This document shows, piece by piece, positions 22,700 through 35,483 of a stretch of 64,000 bases of DNA. The translations under genes were made by a program, and so were the position numbers. Where the stretch lies: NCBI GenBank assembly GCA_002269645.1, contig NIVC01000305.1:1-64000 (forward strand). The letters are read 5' to 3'. The stretch comes from Macrostomum lignano. Lineage: Eukaryota. How positions within the stretch are numbered: the first letter of the stretch is position 1; each line of letters starts with the position of its first letter. The notes under the pieces were generated by a model that was given only the letters and a program-made list of their open reading frames with translations, searched no databases and was not told where the DNA came from.

Positions 22700-24007
22700 T
22701 TTCTTTAGGCAGGATTGGGATCGAGAATAAATTTTTTCTTGGGGTTGGGATCAGGATCAGGATTTGGGAATTGGGATTAGGTCTTTTAGTGTATTACCCA
22801 TATAAAGTTAAACAAAATTAAGCAAAAATGCCAAGATCAAAAAGTAAAACACAACATACTTGATACAAAGTGTAGAAGGGCCTATGTTTATTCTAAGAAA
22901 TTTAGTATCTTTTTTCGCGAAATTAAATTCCTGTCAAAATAACAGCTATCATATAATTTGTTTTAATGTACCATTTTGTTTTAATGTAGAAATTTTGTTT
23001 TAATAATTTAGAGGCAAATAATTAAGGCAAATAATTAATTAAGGCAAAATAATTTTGTTTTAGTTTGATGTTGTTTTAATGCATGTTACACGAGCCAATT
23101 AGACAAGACATTAACCACTATAAATACAAGGCAAAAATTACATTCTTTCTTTAACCCCAACCTTTCGGGTTCTTAACTCAGTTAACAGGAAATTAAGATT
23201 TCTTGGTTCTTCTGAATTAGTTATTTGAAGCAGTATTGCAAGCTAAATTATTGTGTTGGATAGAATTAAGAGTGTTTTGTCAAAGCAGAGATTGCCAGTC
23301 AAGCATTGTGCGCAGTAAGAGGGTGGAATACCCAGTAAAAGGGTGGAATACCCAGTATAGAGGGTGAAATACCCAGTGTAAAGGTTGGATTACCCAGGAA
23401 GGGAAAATATTCAGGCTGCTCTAGATTAGCGTGATACAGTTCTAAATCGTAAGTGACAGTGACAGTACTTGAAGAAGCCAGAAACCCCTTGGTCTGTGGT
23501 AAACACCGTGTTTGGACTGGATAATTTTAGGAATTTAGCAGTAGTCAGCAGTGTCTTGCTGCTTGGGCACTAAAGCTACCAAGGGTAACTTGTAGCGACA
23601 ATAGCCCATAACGTAAAAGTACATGTAAGTATAGAAATAGGGTTCTTAGAAATAGCAAACTTAGCAGATTTAGTATAGTTCAGTGATTAAACTTTAGAAT
23701 TAAATAGAGAGAGCCAGAAGGCCTGCGACAACTTGGTATCAGTAGTGGGATAGGCCCTAATTAAAATTAGGGAATCCCATCCCTAGTACAAAAGTTTTGT
23801 AACCAACAAAGTAAAAGTGTGATAAGTACAAGTTAAAACAAAATATATTTAAGTAATGACCTGAAGTAATCACTAATTCTATAAATTTTTAATCAAAAGA
23901 CCTGTTCCTAATTCTCATGTTTTTTGGGGTTGGGATTCTGGTCCTGTGGGAATCTAATTTTCCAAGTAATCCCAAGATTTGGGATTTGGATCCTATCTAA
24001 CCTCTAC
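22700..24007 (-). mobile_element. Old degraded copy of the 24023-24421 MITE in inverted orientation, split by an insertion
   Basis: 22700-22870 and 23780-24007 match the reverse complement of the right and left halves of the adjacent MITE. Confidence 0.7.
23084..23751 (+). mobile_element. Gypsy-type LTR with adjacent primer-binding site; internal region lost
   Basis: TGTTAC at 23084 to GCGACA at 23730, followed by act-TGGTATCAGTAGTGGGAT (resembles the TGGTGTCAGAAGTGGGAT PBS type). Confidence 0.6.
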
Positions 24008-24022
24008 TAGAAATCCTAGGAC

Positions 24023-24421
24023 TAGAGGTCGGACAGGATCCCGATCCCGATCCCGAAATCTCGGGATCCCGAGGAAAATTGAATTCCCGCGGGACCAGAA
24101 CAGAATCCCGACCCTAAAAAACTCGAGATTCGGGAACAGGTCTTTCGATTATTAATTTATAGAATTAGTGATTACTTGAAGGTTATTTTGCTTTAACTTG
24201 TACTTGTTACATTATTTACTTTGTTGGTTACAAAACTTCATATCAATTTTGTTGTGTTTTACTTCTTGATCTTGACAATCTTTTCTCAATTTTGTTTAAC
24301 TTTACATGGACAATACACTAAAAGACCTGATCCCGATTCCTGAATCCCGATCCCGATCCTGATCCCGAGAAAAAAATTATTCCCGATCCTGCCCGAAGAT
24401 TTCAATCCCGTCCGACCTCTA
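24023..24421. mobile_element. hAT-type MITE (399 bp)
   Basis: TIR TAGAGGTCGGAC/GTCCGACCTCTA. 8-bp TSD CCTAGGAC at 24015-24022 and 24422-24429. GATCCC subterminal repeats. Confidence 0.9.
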
Positions 24422-25755
24422 CCTAGGACTAGACATAGCATGCCAATTCTATAGGACATGCATAGGCATTGCTAGGCTACATGTTAGGCCTAGGCAATAT
24501 GCCTACTAAGTCAAGTCAGAACCATATTCATAAGACATAATGATTAATAAATGACACATATGACTAACCTGGGTTTATTTTTTGGGCCATATTGGGTTTT
24601 TTGGCCCCTTGGCCTTGAAAATCTCATTAGCAACTGGATTTTTAGCATCAAAGGCCAATCTGGTGGCAACTTCATTTCCCCCATACCAGTTGACATATTC
24701 AAAAAAATGATTTTGTAAATGTAATAAAAGTTCTATATGAATAAAAGTTATGGCAAATACTAAGTTAACTTAGCCTTGGAAATATAAATAATATGCATCC
24801 TTGAGAATTTGGCTAGGCCTAGTTGCCAATGGGCAACCAAAAATAGCCATTGCAACTAGAGTTTGAGCCCAAAGGGCCAGCTGGCAACTATATTTCCAAC
24901 CTTATAAAAAACCCAGCATGACACCCACTATTCTATTGTCTATTGACTATTGGCACAAATTTATTAACATAATTCATAAACTTGAAGAAGTCCGACACCC
25001 AAAGTACGCCTTGAAAATTTCAATTGATGTTTTGTTTTTCATTCCAGTTATTTTGCGGACATTTAAGCTCATAAATGAGATTTATACAGTGCCTGGGTAC
25101 CGCCCTTATCCTATGCGAGCGAGCGTACAATATTCCGGTTTCTATTTCTGATTTCTAATCTTTAAGTTCATCCCTAACCCGGAAAAAAACAAATAAAATA
25201 AACAAATTTTTCTAGTTTTATGCGTTTTAACAGCAAATTTAGTTAAAGCTAGGGAACTTTAGCTACAAAAATACAAAAATTTTCTATCTACGAGCTTAAA
25301 AACATAAACAGTAGTATCAGATTTTTTAGCTGTATAACAACGCTTGTGTAAACCATAAGCAAAAGCATTTCTAAAAAAAATACTTCCACTTATTCAAGCT
25401 GATGCATGTAAAAATAAAATCGGAAATTAGAAATGCTTTTTTGCTTTTTTGCAAGTTCGTGCTCGAGAGCATAAAATCTATCTATGATCAAGAGGAGAGA
25501 GAATTAAGAGGAGGGAAGTTTTGTGAGAGGGGAGAGTGAGGACGAGGAGTGAGAAAGAAGAGAAGAGGGGGGGGGAGAGGAGAGAGTAGAGAGCGGAGAG
25601 AAATGAGAAGAGATAAGAGAGCAGGGTCGGCAGAGACAAAATTAGAAGAAAAAAAAGAGATGAGAGAGCAAAGGCGAGAGAGATGAGAGGTGATCGGGAA
25701 TATCGACGATGAGAGAAGAGGAAAGAGAGGAGATAGGAATTAAGAAGAGAATAGA

Positions 25756-25910
<155 letters not shown>

Positions 25911-26489
25911 AGGGATAGAGAGAAGAGACTGAAGAGGAAATAGAAGTTTCAAAGCTGATCCGATGGACGTACGTACATGTAGAGAGAGGCAGAGACAGAG
26001 GGCCAAAGTTTGCCAATACATGCAGTACATATTTTCGAAAGACATTCCTGACATGTGCACAGCAACCCAGCCAACGAGATCATGCTTTCCTCAAATCTTA
26101 ATTTTACACGAATTTACTCCATTTTATGTTCACCTCCATCCTAACATCCTATAACTATTGATACTTCATAATCCTAATTGGCACGGCTGCACAACATAAT
26201 CAATAAAAAGTACATGTAGTCATACAAAACTATCACAAGATTATACTGTACATTAATTCAATTTGAATGAAACCACACTTAAAGTATAAATTAGGTTAAA
26301 ATGCTATGGCATTGGGATAATGTATACGGACACGAAAAAGCAAAATGAAGGTTTCATTAGTTTCACCAGCTTCGAAAGATTCACTAACACTATTTATTAT
26401 TGTCAGGAAGCAATCAGGGTAACCTTGAGCGTGCTAAAACGGCTGAAAATATAATTATGAAACATTAACGCAAAAAGACACACAGGCTT

Positions 26490-26755
26490 CAGTAGAGCTG
26501 CTCTCTCCCTTGCCTGTCTTCTTGGCTTCAGCCGAGCTGCTCTCTCCCTTGCCTCATGTCTTCTTGGCTTCAGTCGAGCTGCTCTCTCCCTTGCCTGTCT
26601 TCAATTGGCTTCAGCCGAGCTGCTCTCTCCCTTGCCTCATGTCTTCTTGGCTTCAGTCGAGCTGCTCTCTCCCTTGCCTGTCTTCAATTGGCTTCAGCCG
26701 AGCTGCTCTCTCCCTTGCCTGTCTTCTTGGCTTCAGCCGAGCTGCTCTCTCGGAG
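26490..26755. repeat. 39-42-nt minisatellite (GAGCTGCTCTCTCCCTTGCCT(CAT)GTCTTC(AA)TTGGCTTCAG(C/T)C)
   Basis: About 6-7 units directly upstream of the LINE relic. Confidence 0.9.
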
Positions 26756-26759
26756 AGCA

Positions 26760-28190
26760 ACGGCCTGCGCCCCCCCCCCGAGGTGCCCTCCGGAGGACCA
26801 CCAATTAAAGTCCACGAAATGCAGGTCAGCAACGGCTCAGCACCGCAACGCAGTCTCTTCGCCGCCCAATTGGCATCTGGCGGCCACCAGCCGATCAAAT
26901 GCCTAGCCGACGCCTGAACCAGCTGGCCGAGCCTCAACGGCTCCCCCGTCGGCCCAAGGCGCCCCCCAACCCGGCAGTCCGCGCGCGCGGCACCCCAGTA
27001 GCCTGCACCTCCTGCAGCTCAACGGAAATTTAGGGCGTCGCCTCTAAGATGCCCGAAATGTTGCAAGCGGCTGCTGGACCTGCGCGTCAACGTGGCGTAT
27101 CTGCAAGAGACCCAAACCACCTATGGACGGGATCCGCACCTGCCGGGGTTCAACGCAATCTGGCTCCACCGACAGAGCGACCGGCGCTCTGGCGGCCCCG
27201 CGCGCGGAGGAGCGTTACAATCCTCATCCGCGAGGGGCTGCGCTTCGAGGTGCTGCAGGAGCGCCCCTACGCCCCCGGTAATGTCACCACGAAGTGGGCC
27301 GGTGTTCGGGTTCTCCCCTCTGAAAAGAGCGTCGAGAGCCTGGACATCCACTGCTTCTACGAGTACATCCCACCGCTCAGAACGGCCGAAGGCGACGACC
27401 ACGTGCAGCGTTTCAGCCCCCATCACCTGTCGGGCGTCAACACGTGATCCTGGGCGACCTGAACGAGCACCATCCGGCCTGGCATCTGGTACCTGGACCC
27501 CGAATCAGAAGAGTCGGACCTGAGCACGGTGGTCTTCGAGTGGTCCGTGGTGTCCGGCATGCGCGTCCTGAACGACGGCAGCACCATCCACATGCCACGC
27601 CGCGCTGCGCAGACAGTACCTGACGTCAGCCTGTGCCACAAGTCGCTCGCCAAACGGGCTGAGTGGCAGGTTTGGGGAGACGTCGGCTTCGGAACCACCT
27701 GCCGATCGATTTGCATCACCATTCATCACAGCTAAGGTGCGGCCAAGCGCGCGGGCGCCACCCGGCGGGCCTGGGCGAAGGCGGACTGTGCCAGTTTCCG
27801 CGCCCGGACCGAGGAAGCCCTGGCTTTCTGGGAGGCCTGCCCGCCCGAGTCGGTCAGCGAGGCCAACCGGCAGCTGACCGCGGTTCCTCCGCGAAGGCCT
27901 GGTGGACGCCAGAGGTCGACGACGCCAAGAAGATGATCGCCGACGCCAAACGCGAGAGCTGGCTGGGAAGGACCGGCGAGCTGGCAGCCGACAGCGACCA
28001 CTACAAGATCTGGAGAGTTGTTCGCTACCTCGACGGCAGAAATAGCATCGCTCCGGTTGGGTCAGAAGACGCTCGTCCAGTCGAAGGACATCGCCGAGGC
28101 CTACGCCCGTGAGTATGCCGGCATCAGCCGCCTCACGCAAGATCGCAGGACGCGAGACCTCCGTCGCGAGAACTTTCGCAGCAGCGCTTC
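26760..28190 (+). mobile_element. Degenerate non-LTR retrotransposon (I/Ingi-like group): APE endonuclease and pre-RT region, truncated before the RT core
   Basis: Motifs across frames: YLQETQ, GGVTILIREG, YIPP, ILGDLNEHH..W, VLNDGS, PDVSLC, HLPI, WAKAD, WWTPEV, KIWRVVRYLDG. Several frameshifts and stops. Confidence 0.8.
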
Positions 28191-28778
28191 GCGGGCCGGC
28201 GCCGACAGCCATGGAGCAAAGACTTTGAAAAGCCATTCTATGGCCCGAATAAACTCGATTTCTTTCAAATCTCGTGGTAGTTGAGAGTGCCCGAGCGGTA
28301 AGACACTGTACTACTGTAAATTTCTAAGTCCGAAAGTATTGCATTTTTCAGGGATCAAGGGTGTCCAGCGATGACTACTAATCTAATACTTTTTTATAAA
28401 TCGTTAGTTTAACATCTAACGTCTACTGCTTAACTACCTAGTCTTTAGCGTCTAATACCTTATCGCTATTAGCCTGCACGGCTTCCTTAGTACTCTGGGT
28501 CTCCACGACCTCAGTTTTTCCTGTTCCAGAAAGGACAAACGATGTAAGTCTTTCAGCAAGGACTTTCCTTTTGGGCCAAAAGCAGGGCATGTTTTCGAAA
28601 AGACTATAGCAAAAGCCGAAGCAAAGGATGGGTTGATTTTATTTTGACTTAACTCGGCCGTATATATACGAGTAGCAAGTTGAAAGGGGGGTAGGTGCGC
28701 TATTATTGGTTAGTGCTCATTAAAGCAATTCGTTGGGAAGATTTTAAACAAATGAGAATTAAAACAAAATGATAGCAC

Positions 28779-29499
28779 TTATGATGGATTTCGACCTTTC
28801 GGCCCCCTTGTGGGGAAGCCTTCGGGCCTCAGGTCTCAGAAATAAATCAATTAGAGTCCTGTCCCCCCACTCCTGTCAGATGGTCAGCCCCATGGTTGCT
28901 TGATCGTGTGGCGAGCAGTCTAGGTCCTATAGCTAAGAGAGGGACGGCGAGAGACAAGCAGGGAGAATTTTGAAGGTAGAAATTAGCTAATCCGCAGATC
29001 AACTAACTCGCTGCCACCAGCCCGTGGGCCCTGGCTCACCACACCGGGACTCTCAAAATCGGGCTTCCGACTAGAAGGGGCTTTGCACTTACCTGCCAAC
29101 TAGTGTCTTTTTGCTGTCTATTTCGAAGTCATAGCCGATGGTAAGGGACACTGCTGGGACTAGATCGCATTGGCCATGCAGGTACAGAGGGGACTTGTGC
29201 AGGGGATTCTTGCAGTGGCGAGTCTATGGGGTAGCTACATGTACTATTACATTGCTAAATACGAAGATATGTACTTTTGGCCTTCAACGCGCCAACCAGC
29301 CTCTCCTAGCGCTGATGATAGGCTAACTCGATCATCAGAGACCGCATGATTCATTAACCGAGCCGCTTGGCTAACCTAGAGTGCACAAAGTACATCTCTG
29401 GCGCCGATTCTGCACTACTGGCTGTTTTGCTCACTGATTTGATAGATTGATCGACTGAGAACTGCCTTTTCATTGGTTCACTGTGACCGGCGCCTACTA
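28779..29499 (-). repeat. ~720-bp dispersed repeat A (copy 1), unclassified, with an intron-like segment
   Basis: Near-identical to 35484-36204. On the minus strand: donor CAG|GTAAGT at 29092 and acceptor CCCTCTCTTAG| at 28933. Confidence 0.85.
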
Positions 29500-30317
29500 G
29501 CTTAGCTACTCATCTGAGCCATCGGCGAACAAAGAAATAAAACCGATAAAATAACTGTTAGATTTAACCTTCTCCTTAGTTCACTTCACACTTCAGATTG
29601 AATTGGAGTCTTAGACTACTAGCAGTATTATTGAATGACTTCTGCCTCAGCAACAGCACTACTGAACAAAAAGAGCAAAAGTGTGCGCCTAATCCAGCTA
29701 CTGAAACAGGGGACAGATAAGGAATCACCCAATCAAGCAAGTCTAGGTAGCCTCTCACCCAACCAATCAGAAACTCAACAGCCGGAGACCAGGTAAACCA
29801 CAGTGACCGAATCGGCTTGATGCTTCGCAGCTGTAGACCCGCCGGGATGGTGCTGATGTCACGGTCTTCGCAGATGGCTAGCAGGTGATGCTCTTAACTT
29901 TGATGTTCGCTGCTGATGACCGGGGGGACTCGTCCTTGATGATAATGCGGGAGGTCGCAATCCGGGGATCAAGAAACGACGGTCGCGCTCCGGGACGTCT
30001 CAATCTAGGCTAAGGTCCCAGGAGGAGTTGGTCCAAGCGGGCAAAAAACACCGGTTTAAAAGCCGCCAGCTGGACCGCAGTTTGTTATAATGGAACACGT
30101 CGATTCTGATTGGCTGAGCCGATTTGTTAAAATGAGCGTCGAATTTTCTGATTGGATGAGCTAGTTGCTACCCAGAATCACGTGACCGGGAGATCCTATT
30201 AGTTCCCACAGGGTCGTAAAAAGATGACAGGTGCGGCCATAAATCTATCAAAATCGCAACAAAATGATTTATGACTTTTCGCGTAGGATATTGACAGAAG
30301 TTAATGAAAAAAATATA

Positions 30318-30775
30318 CATTAGAAAGCTCTTATTAAATAGAAAATGAAGATAATGAAGAGAAATTGCTAATCGCTAATCCCAAGGTACTTTTAGGAGTA
30401 AAACGCATAGCTGTTAAAGCTGTCACACGCTTGAGTGAACACGAACAATAGGCTCTGACCTCATAAATCTTGATGGCCTGTCAAAATGATGAGAAAAAAG
30501 CTACCGCCCGCATCCTCTCAGACCATCTGGCGCCCGCCTTAACACTGAGTGAGGCACAGGTGTCTGTCAGACCAGCTTCGAAAGCGATGATTTATGACCC
30601 AAAAAGTTGCGCCTATGTTATTATGACTACTAGTATGACCAAACATTATATCTAGTATAGATCCTATAAGAATTCGCAGAAAATGATAAAAATGCCCTTT
30701 GCCCACTGTTAGTAGGCTAGTAAGTTTAGAGTCCATGTGCTAGCGCGGGATTTGGAAAAAATTGCGTCCTTATCA
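30318..30775. repeat. ~460-bp dispersed repeat B (copy 1), probably a non-autonomous DNA transposon fragment
   Basis: Clearly homologous to 37293-37753 but more diverged than the A pair. Confidence 0.8.
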
Positions 30776-30983
30776 CTTAAACAAAACTTAGAAATTCGCT
30801 TATTGGCATGGGTGAATAAAATACGCATCTGGCTACTAATAGTAATATGATATTAATTGGCCCTGCCTCATAAGCCTTAACAAAATATTATTATAACAGA
30901 TAAACAAAAACAATTTGAAATAATTTAGATAAATTTAGAGTTTCTGGACTAAATCAGGAAAAAACGATAATTTAGCTTAGTCT

Positions 30984-31322
30984 AACAACAACAAAAACAA
31001 AAACAATCGTCTAGATAGCGCGCCGCAGAGCCTGGGAGCGAACGAAATCCGCTCCGTTGGCAGTGTCGGGCCTTCGGCGTCGCAAAGCCAAGGACCACTG
31101 ACCAAGGACCAAAGCCTGCGCAAAGCAGGCAGTTCACGTATCGACGGGTTCGGGCCTGACCCCGCCTGAACGGGCCCTGAAGGGTGAGCAGCAGGACGTC
31201 CTGAACAGGTTGGGGGCAGTAGCCTTCGGCCCGGATCACGTGGCCCGCCAGTTGAAGTCGCCGTCGGCGCAGAATGGTGGACGGGCGCTGCAGCTTGGCC
31301 CGATTGTACAGGACCTCGGTCC
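30984..31322 (-). mobile_element. 5'-truncated RTE-type LINE 3' end with a (TTG/TTTTTG)n tail
   Basis: Minus frame reads EVLYNRAKLQRPSTILRRRRLQLAGHVIRAEG...PVQDVLLL...RRGQARTRRY, the typical post-RT C-terminus of RTE/RTE-X. Simple-repeat tail at 30984-31006. Confidence 0.8.
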
Positions 31323-32780
31323 CGACGGAAGCTTGTTGAAAGCGAACATCCGAAATGGTGTTGACATTACTGTCAGCTCTTTGAAAGCTTCATCTAGTGG
31401 GATCTGGTGATAAGCTTTCTCTAGGTCCAGACGAGTGTATATCCGGCTGCCAGCAGCAGTTGTAATCACTTCGTCAGGTGCAGGCATCGGATATGAATCG
31501 TTGATAAGATGAGAATTGATTGTCACCTTGTAGTCGACGCAAAGTCTGAGCTTTCCAGAAGGTTTCTTGACCACGACAATTGGTGAGGCCCATTCACTGA
31601 ACTTGACGGGCTTGATGGTGTCTTCTTCAAGCAACCGATCAATTTCATCCTTGACTCCCTGTCTGAGTGCGAAGGGTAGCGGCCTGGGTTTGCAATGAAT
31701 TGGAGTGGTTCCTTCCTTGATCTTAAGAGTTACTGGTGGAAATTCGCATGACTGGGTTGCCGATGTGCAGCTGTTGTCTACAGCGTTTAGCGTGAAATTG
31801 AGCTTGTCTAGGCCAACCAGAACAAAGTTCCTCTGCGATTCCACAATGAAGAATGTGATTGGAATGAACTCGTCATTGTACTCCAACTCAGTGTCGTGTG
31901 TTCCAAAGACCTTAATCTGCGTATCAGCGTATGTTGTCAGAACAGTGTCTGTAGGTGTCAGCTTTGGACAACCCAATCGTTTCCAGATCGTTTCTGACAT
32001 TACCGAAACTCCTGCCCCAGTATCGATTTGTGCGTTCACGCTAAGCATCGACCCGCTCGTGTGTCTGAGCCTAACAGGCACGGTGTAGCTATCAATGGGA
32101 TGTCGAATGTGAAAACAATCCTCCTGTTCGGCTTCGCTTGCATCTACAAAGCTTGTGGTCCTTGGCCACACTGCAGCTCGCCTAAATTGACCAGATGCTG
32201 ACGGGCTTTTGAACGATTTTCGGCCTTTGCCAAAACCAGTTGATTTCGTTTTGCAAACTGTTGCGAAGTGGTTTTGCATGACACATTTGTTGCACGTTTT
32301 TCCTTTTGCAGGACACCCTCCTTTGGAGCCATGCATTGTGCCACATCTGCCACACTTGGGGCTTGTAGAGTGGGAGCCTCTGGCCACCGATGCTGAAATT
32401 TTCATTACTTCAGAAGACTGCGGCTGACTGGTGCAACCCTTTAGTATTTGCGTTTGTGATAGGTTCTGGTGCGCCTCAGCGATGTTGATAGCTGTCTCAA
32501 ACGTGAGAGTGCTGAAGTCCTGTTTCAATAACTTGCTGATGGCCACCTTGTCATTCAAACCGAATACGAGCTGATCTCTCAGTCTCTCATCTCTGGATAG
32601 GCCAAACTGACACTTGTCTGCCTGCATGCAGAGTTGCTGTGCATACTCACGAATGCTCATTGATGCCGTGCGAGTGATATGCTGGAAATTGAATCTCTCA
32701 GCCATGGCGAACGTCTTTGGTTCCAGGATGCTGGCCAGTAGTTTGGTCAGTTCATCGAAGCTCTTTTCTCCCGGCTCAAA
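31322..32780 (-). mobile_element. Ty3/Gypsy (Mag/K02A2.6-like) gag-protease-RT fragment, truncated at both ends
   Basis: KSFDELTKLL...AERFNF; RLRDQLVFGL; CCHC knuckles (CGRCGTMH...C); protease IDTGA; RT N-half (WASPIVVVKKPSGKLRLCVDY, LDLEKAYHQIPL). Ends at FNKLPSG, before the YxDD motif. Confidence 0.92.
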
Positions 32781-32784
32781 AAGT

Positions 32785-33720
32785 TCAAAAAGACTGCTTG
32801 GTCAACGGGTGGTCCATCGCTAATGGTTTTGAAAGATTTCTCGGAGATGACGAAGCAAGATCTGAATTATCTTCTGAAGTACTTTGTTATGGAAGTACGC
32901 AATCAGGATGGAGACCGGTACACTTCCACCAATCTGAAGGACTTTGTGTCCATTGTTCAATGGTGCTGGCAAAATTTTTTGAAACAAAACTGGTCAATTT
33001 GGATGGACGACGCTTTCCTTGAAACACGTGTCTCATTGGATGCGGCTATGAAGTTGGCCACCAGAGAAGGCAAAGATGCTCGTTTGAACAAGGCTGAAAT
33101 AATTCCAAATACGATTGAGGACAAACTATGGGCTGATGGTGTGTTGGGTGTTACGACGCCGCGCAGCCTACTAAACGCCGTCGTGTGGCTGTTAAGTTAA
33201 AATTTTGCCCTGCGTGGCGGTGCGGAACTACGTAACCTTTAATTTGACAGGCAGATTCAACTGACGTCTGTTGGATGCACGAGTGCATCGTCTACAGAGA
33301 AAATTGCATGACCAAAACCAATCAAGGCGGTTTTAAGAGATTGCTCCGTAATCCGAAGGTTGTTCGTGCGTTTCATACGGAGAATCATGAACGCTGCCCA
33401 GTGTGTGTCTACAAAGAGTACACGAAAAAGCGTCCTCTAAATAGCGACGCCGCCTTGTTCTTGGATGTGAATCGGTCGTGGTCGCCTGGTTCAGCCTGTT
33501 CATGGTTCATGCGATCTCCTGTCGGACGGCACACTCTCGCAGATGCAGTAAAGACATGTGTCAAACTGGTTGCACCTGAGGATACCAGTAAGTATACCAA
33601 CCAGAGTTTGCGCAAAACGGCTGAAACAAGACTTCATGAAGCCGGCGTCAAACGTGCCGACATTTTTCGCGTCACCGGCCACAGCTCCTCGGCTCTTGAA
33701 AGGTGCTGTGGATGGGTCAT
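32785..33720 (+). mobile_element. Crypton-type (DUF3504/ZMYM-QRICH1-like) tyrosine recombinase pseudogene
   Basis: LNYLLKYFVMEVRNQDGDRY, EDKLWADGVLGVTTPRSLLNAV, FALRGG, KTNQGG, RCPV, PVGRHTL, YTNQSLRKTAETRL, VTGHSS. Two in-frame TAA stops and a frameshift. Confidence 0.88.
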
Positions 33721-35483
33721 AGGCAAATGTTGAGCCATCCTACAGTGACTCTATTTTTATGTAGCTCGGGCAGAGAGCAAGAGAATCAAAAACGAAAAGA
33801 GTGCTCGAATGCCTCAAGTAAAAAAAGCCACACATCTTTACAAAGCGATCACAAACAGTCTCCGGCTCCGTCTTCAGACATAACTAAAGGTATATCGGTC
33901 AACCCGTGACTGAGCAGAAGGAGGCTTTGGCAATCGTTGCCGCAAGAGACGAGAACCTAGTGACAAAATCAACGCTGGTGGAGATTCCATGACGCTCATA
34001 GTCTGCCAGAGCCAGTATTCTGCCCTCTGGAGGTACTACTGCTACCTCTTATAATGCTGATGCCCACCAAGGACAACAGTCAACTGTCGCCGTTTACTCC
34101 GGGAGTCCTAGTCCTAAGAAGATGCGAATCGAGATCTGTGGCGAATCGAATAAGGTCACTATTACTTTCGATTAACAATGCTTGTTTTTCGAGAACTTAA
34201 TGACGAAAGTGCAGTTCTTCGTTGTTATTCGTTTTGTTACTCGTTCAAACAGAAATTCTAAAGTCCGGCCCGGCCAAATACATTTCTTCCGCAATAAATA
34301 GATGCTTTTCTTTGTCTATGACCGGGCCTAACTGGATAAAAGGATGAGACTGGAAAAAAGGCGAGAAATGCACTTTCTTTCGGTTAAAGCTAATTATGCA
34401 AATAATAAACGCCGTTTAATTCACATTATGTGCTTAGAATGTCCCTAGGCGAGCAAAACGAGCAAAGGAGAAATTCAATTGCTCCTGATTTCGCGGAGAT
34501 TATATGACATAATATCCTAGCTTTTGTTAAGAATTACCACAGACAACACATTCCTGGCTCAGAATAGTACAATTTTTAAAGATTAAATAAGCAATCGTAT
34601 TATAATCCATAGAAATAAAAACTTTCCGTGACAATATTTGCGTTCTCCGGGATTTTATTTGGTAATATTCAATAATATTCCGTGAAGTCTTTATGTCTAT
34701 GGTTTATACGAGATTACACATGCCTTTTTCGGGAGTTACGAGCTATTTTCATAAATCCCTCAAAAGGCATGTTTAATCTGATACTTATATGCAAAGCTTG
34801 ATTTCTAGCTCTCTGTGTGCATTAAAAACGAAGGATTGGAAACTTCAGCCATAGACAACTTTATTGAACTCAATTCATTTACCGGCTTGCTTTTGGCAGT
34901 TTTCGATATACAGCGAAAGCTTTGTGGGTGGAAGAAAAATTATTATCTATGGCCTAAAGACCGGGTCTTCGAGGCGTCTTAAGAAAGCAGCTAATTTAAG
35001 TATATGGTGTCACCCCATGGATTCTTTGATTTGGTGGACAGAGTGGCTGAGGGCTGCATTTATCGGCCGAGGCAAAACGCAAAGTGTGCAGAGCTTCAAC
35101 TAAAACAAGTTTGATTTAATTTACTGTGTCCCATGCCAACCACCTCCAAAGAACAAGGTAAGCAAACGGTAATTCTGCATTTGGTAAATTTTAACAGTAA
35201 TTGGTAGAACTTTTTGTAATTTTTTATTTGTAGCATGATTCAAGAATTAACGTTGATAGAAACTTACTTACTTTCTCGCAAAGTCAGTTGGATTATAAAT
35301 ATAAAACGATGTAAAGACTAAAACAGGAACTGTATTCATTACAAAAGTGTTTACAAAAGTTATTTTCCAGATACGAAGGCAAAGCCCTCTGTGTTAGGGA
35401 CATGTTTTTGTTTATTTTCAGAATCTTCAGGTGTTATAAAACATTCAAAGTCCGCATACACAACAAATGGAAGCTTTTCCATC

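Noticed and set aside
28779-28860. Hammerhead ribozyme at the end of repeat A (CTGA...stem...GAAA on the minus strand)
   Set aside because: The core lacks the N7-G8-A9 of CUGANGA, and no stem III/UH cleavage site can be formed in either copy. Kept only as a structured terminus.
30485-30548. C/D-box snoRNA in repeat B (ATGATGA...CTGA)
   Set aside because: There is no terminal stem, the putative guide region differs between the two copies, and the motif is embedded in a larger dispersed repeat.
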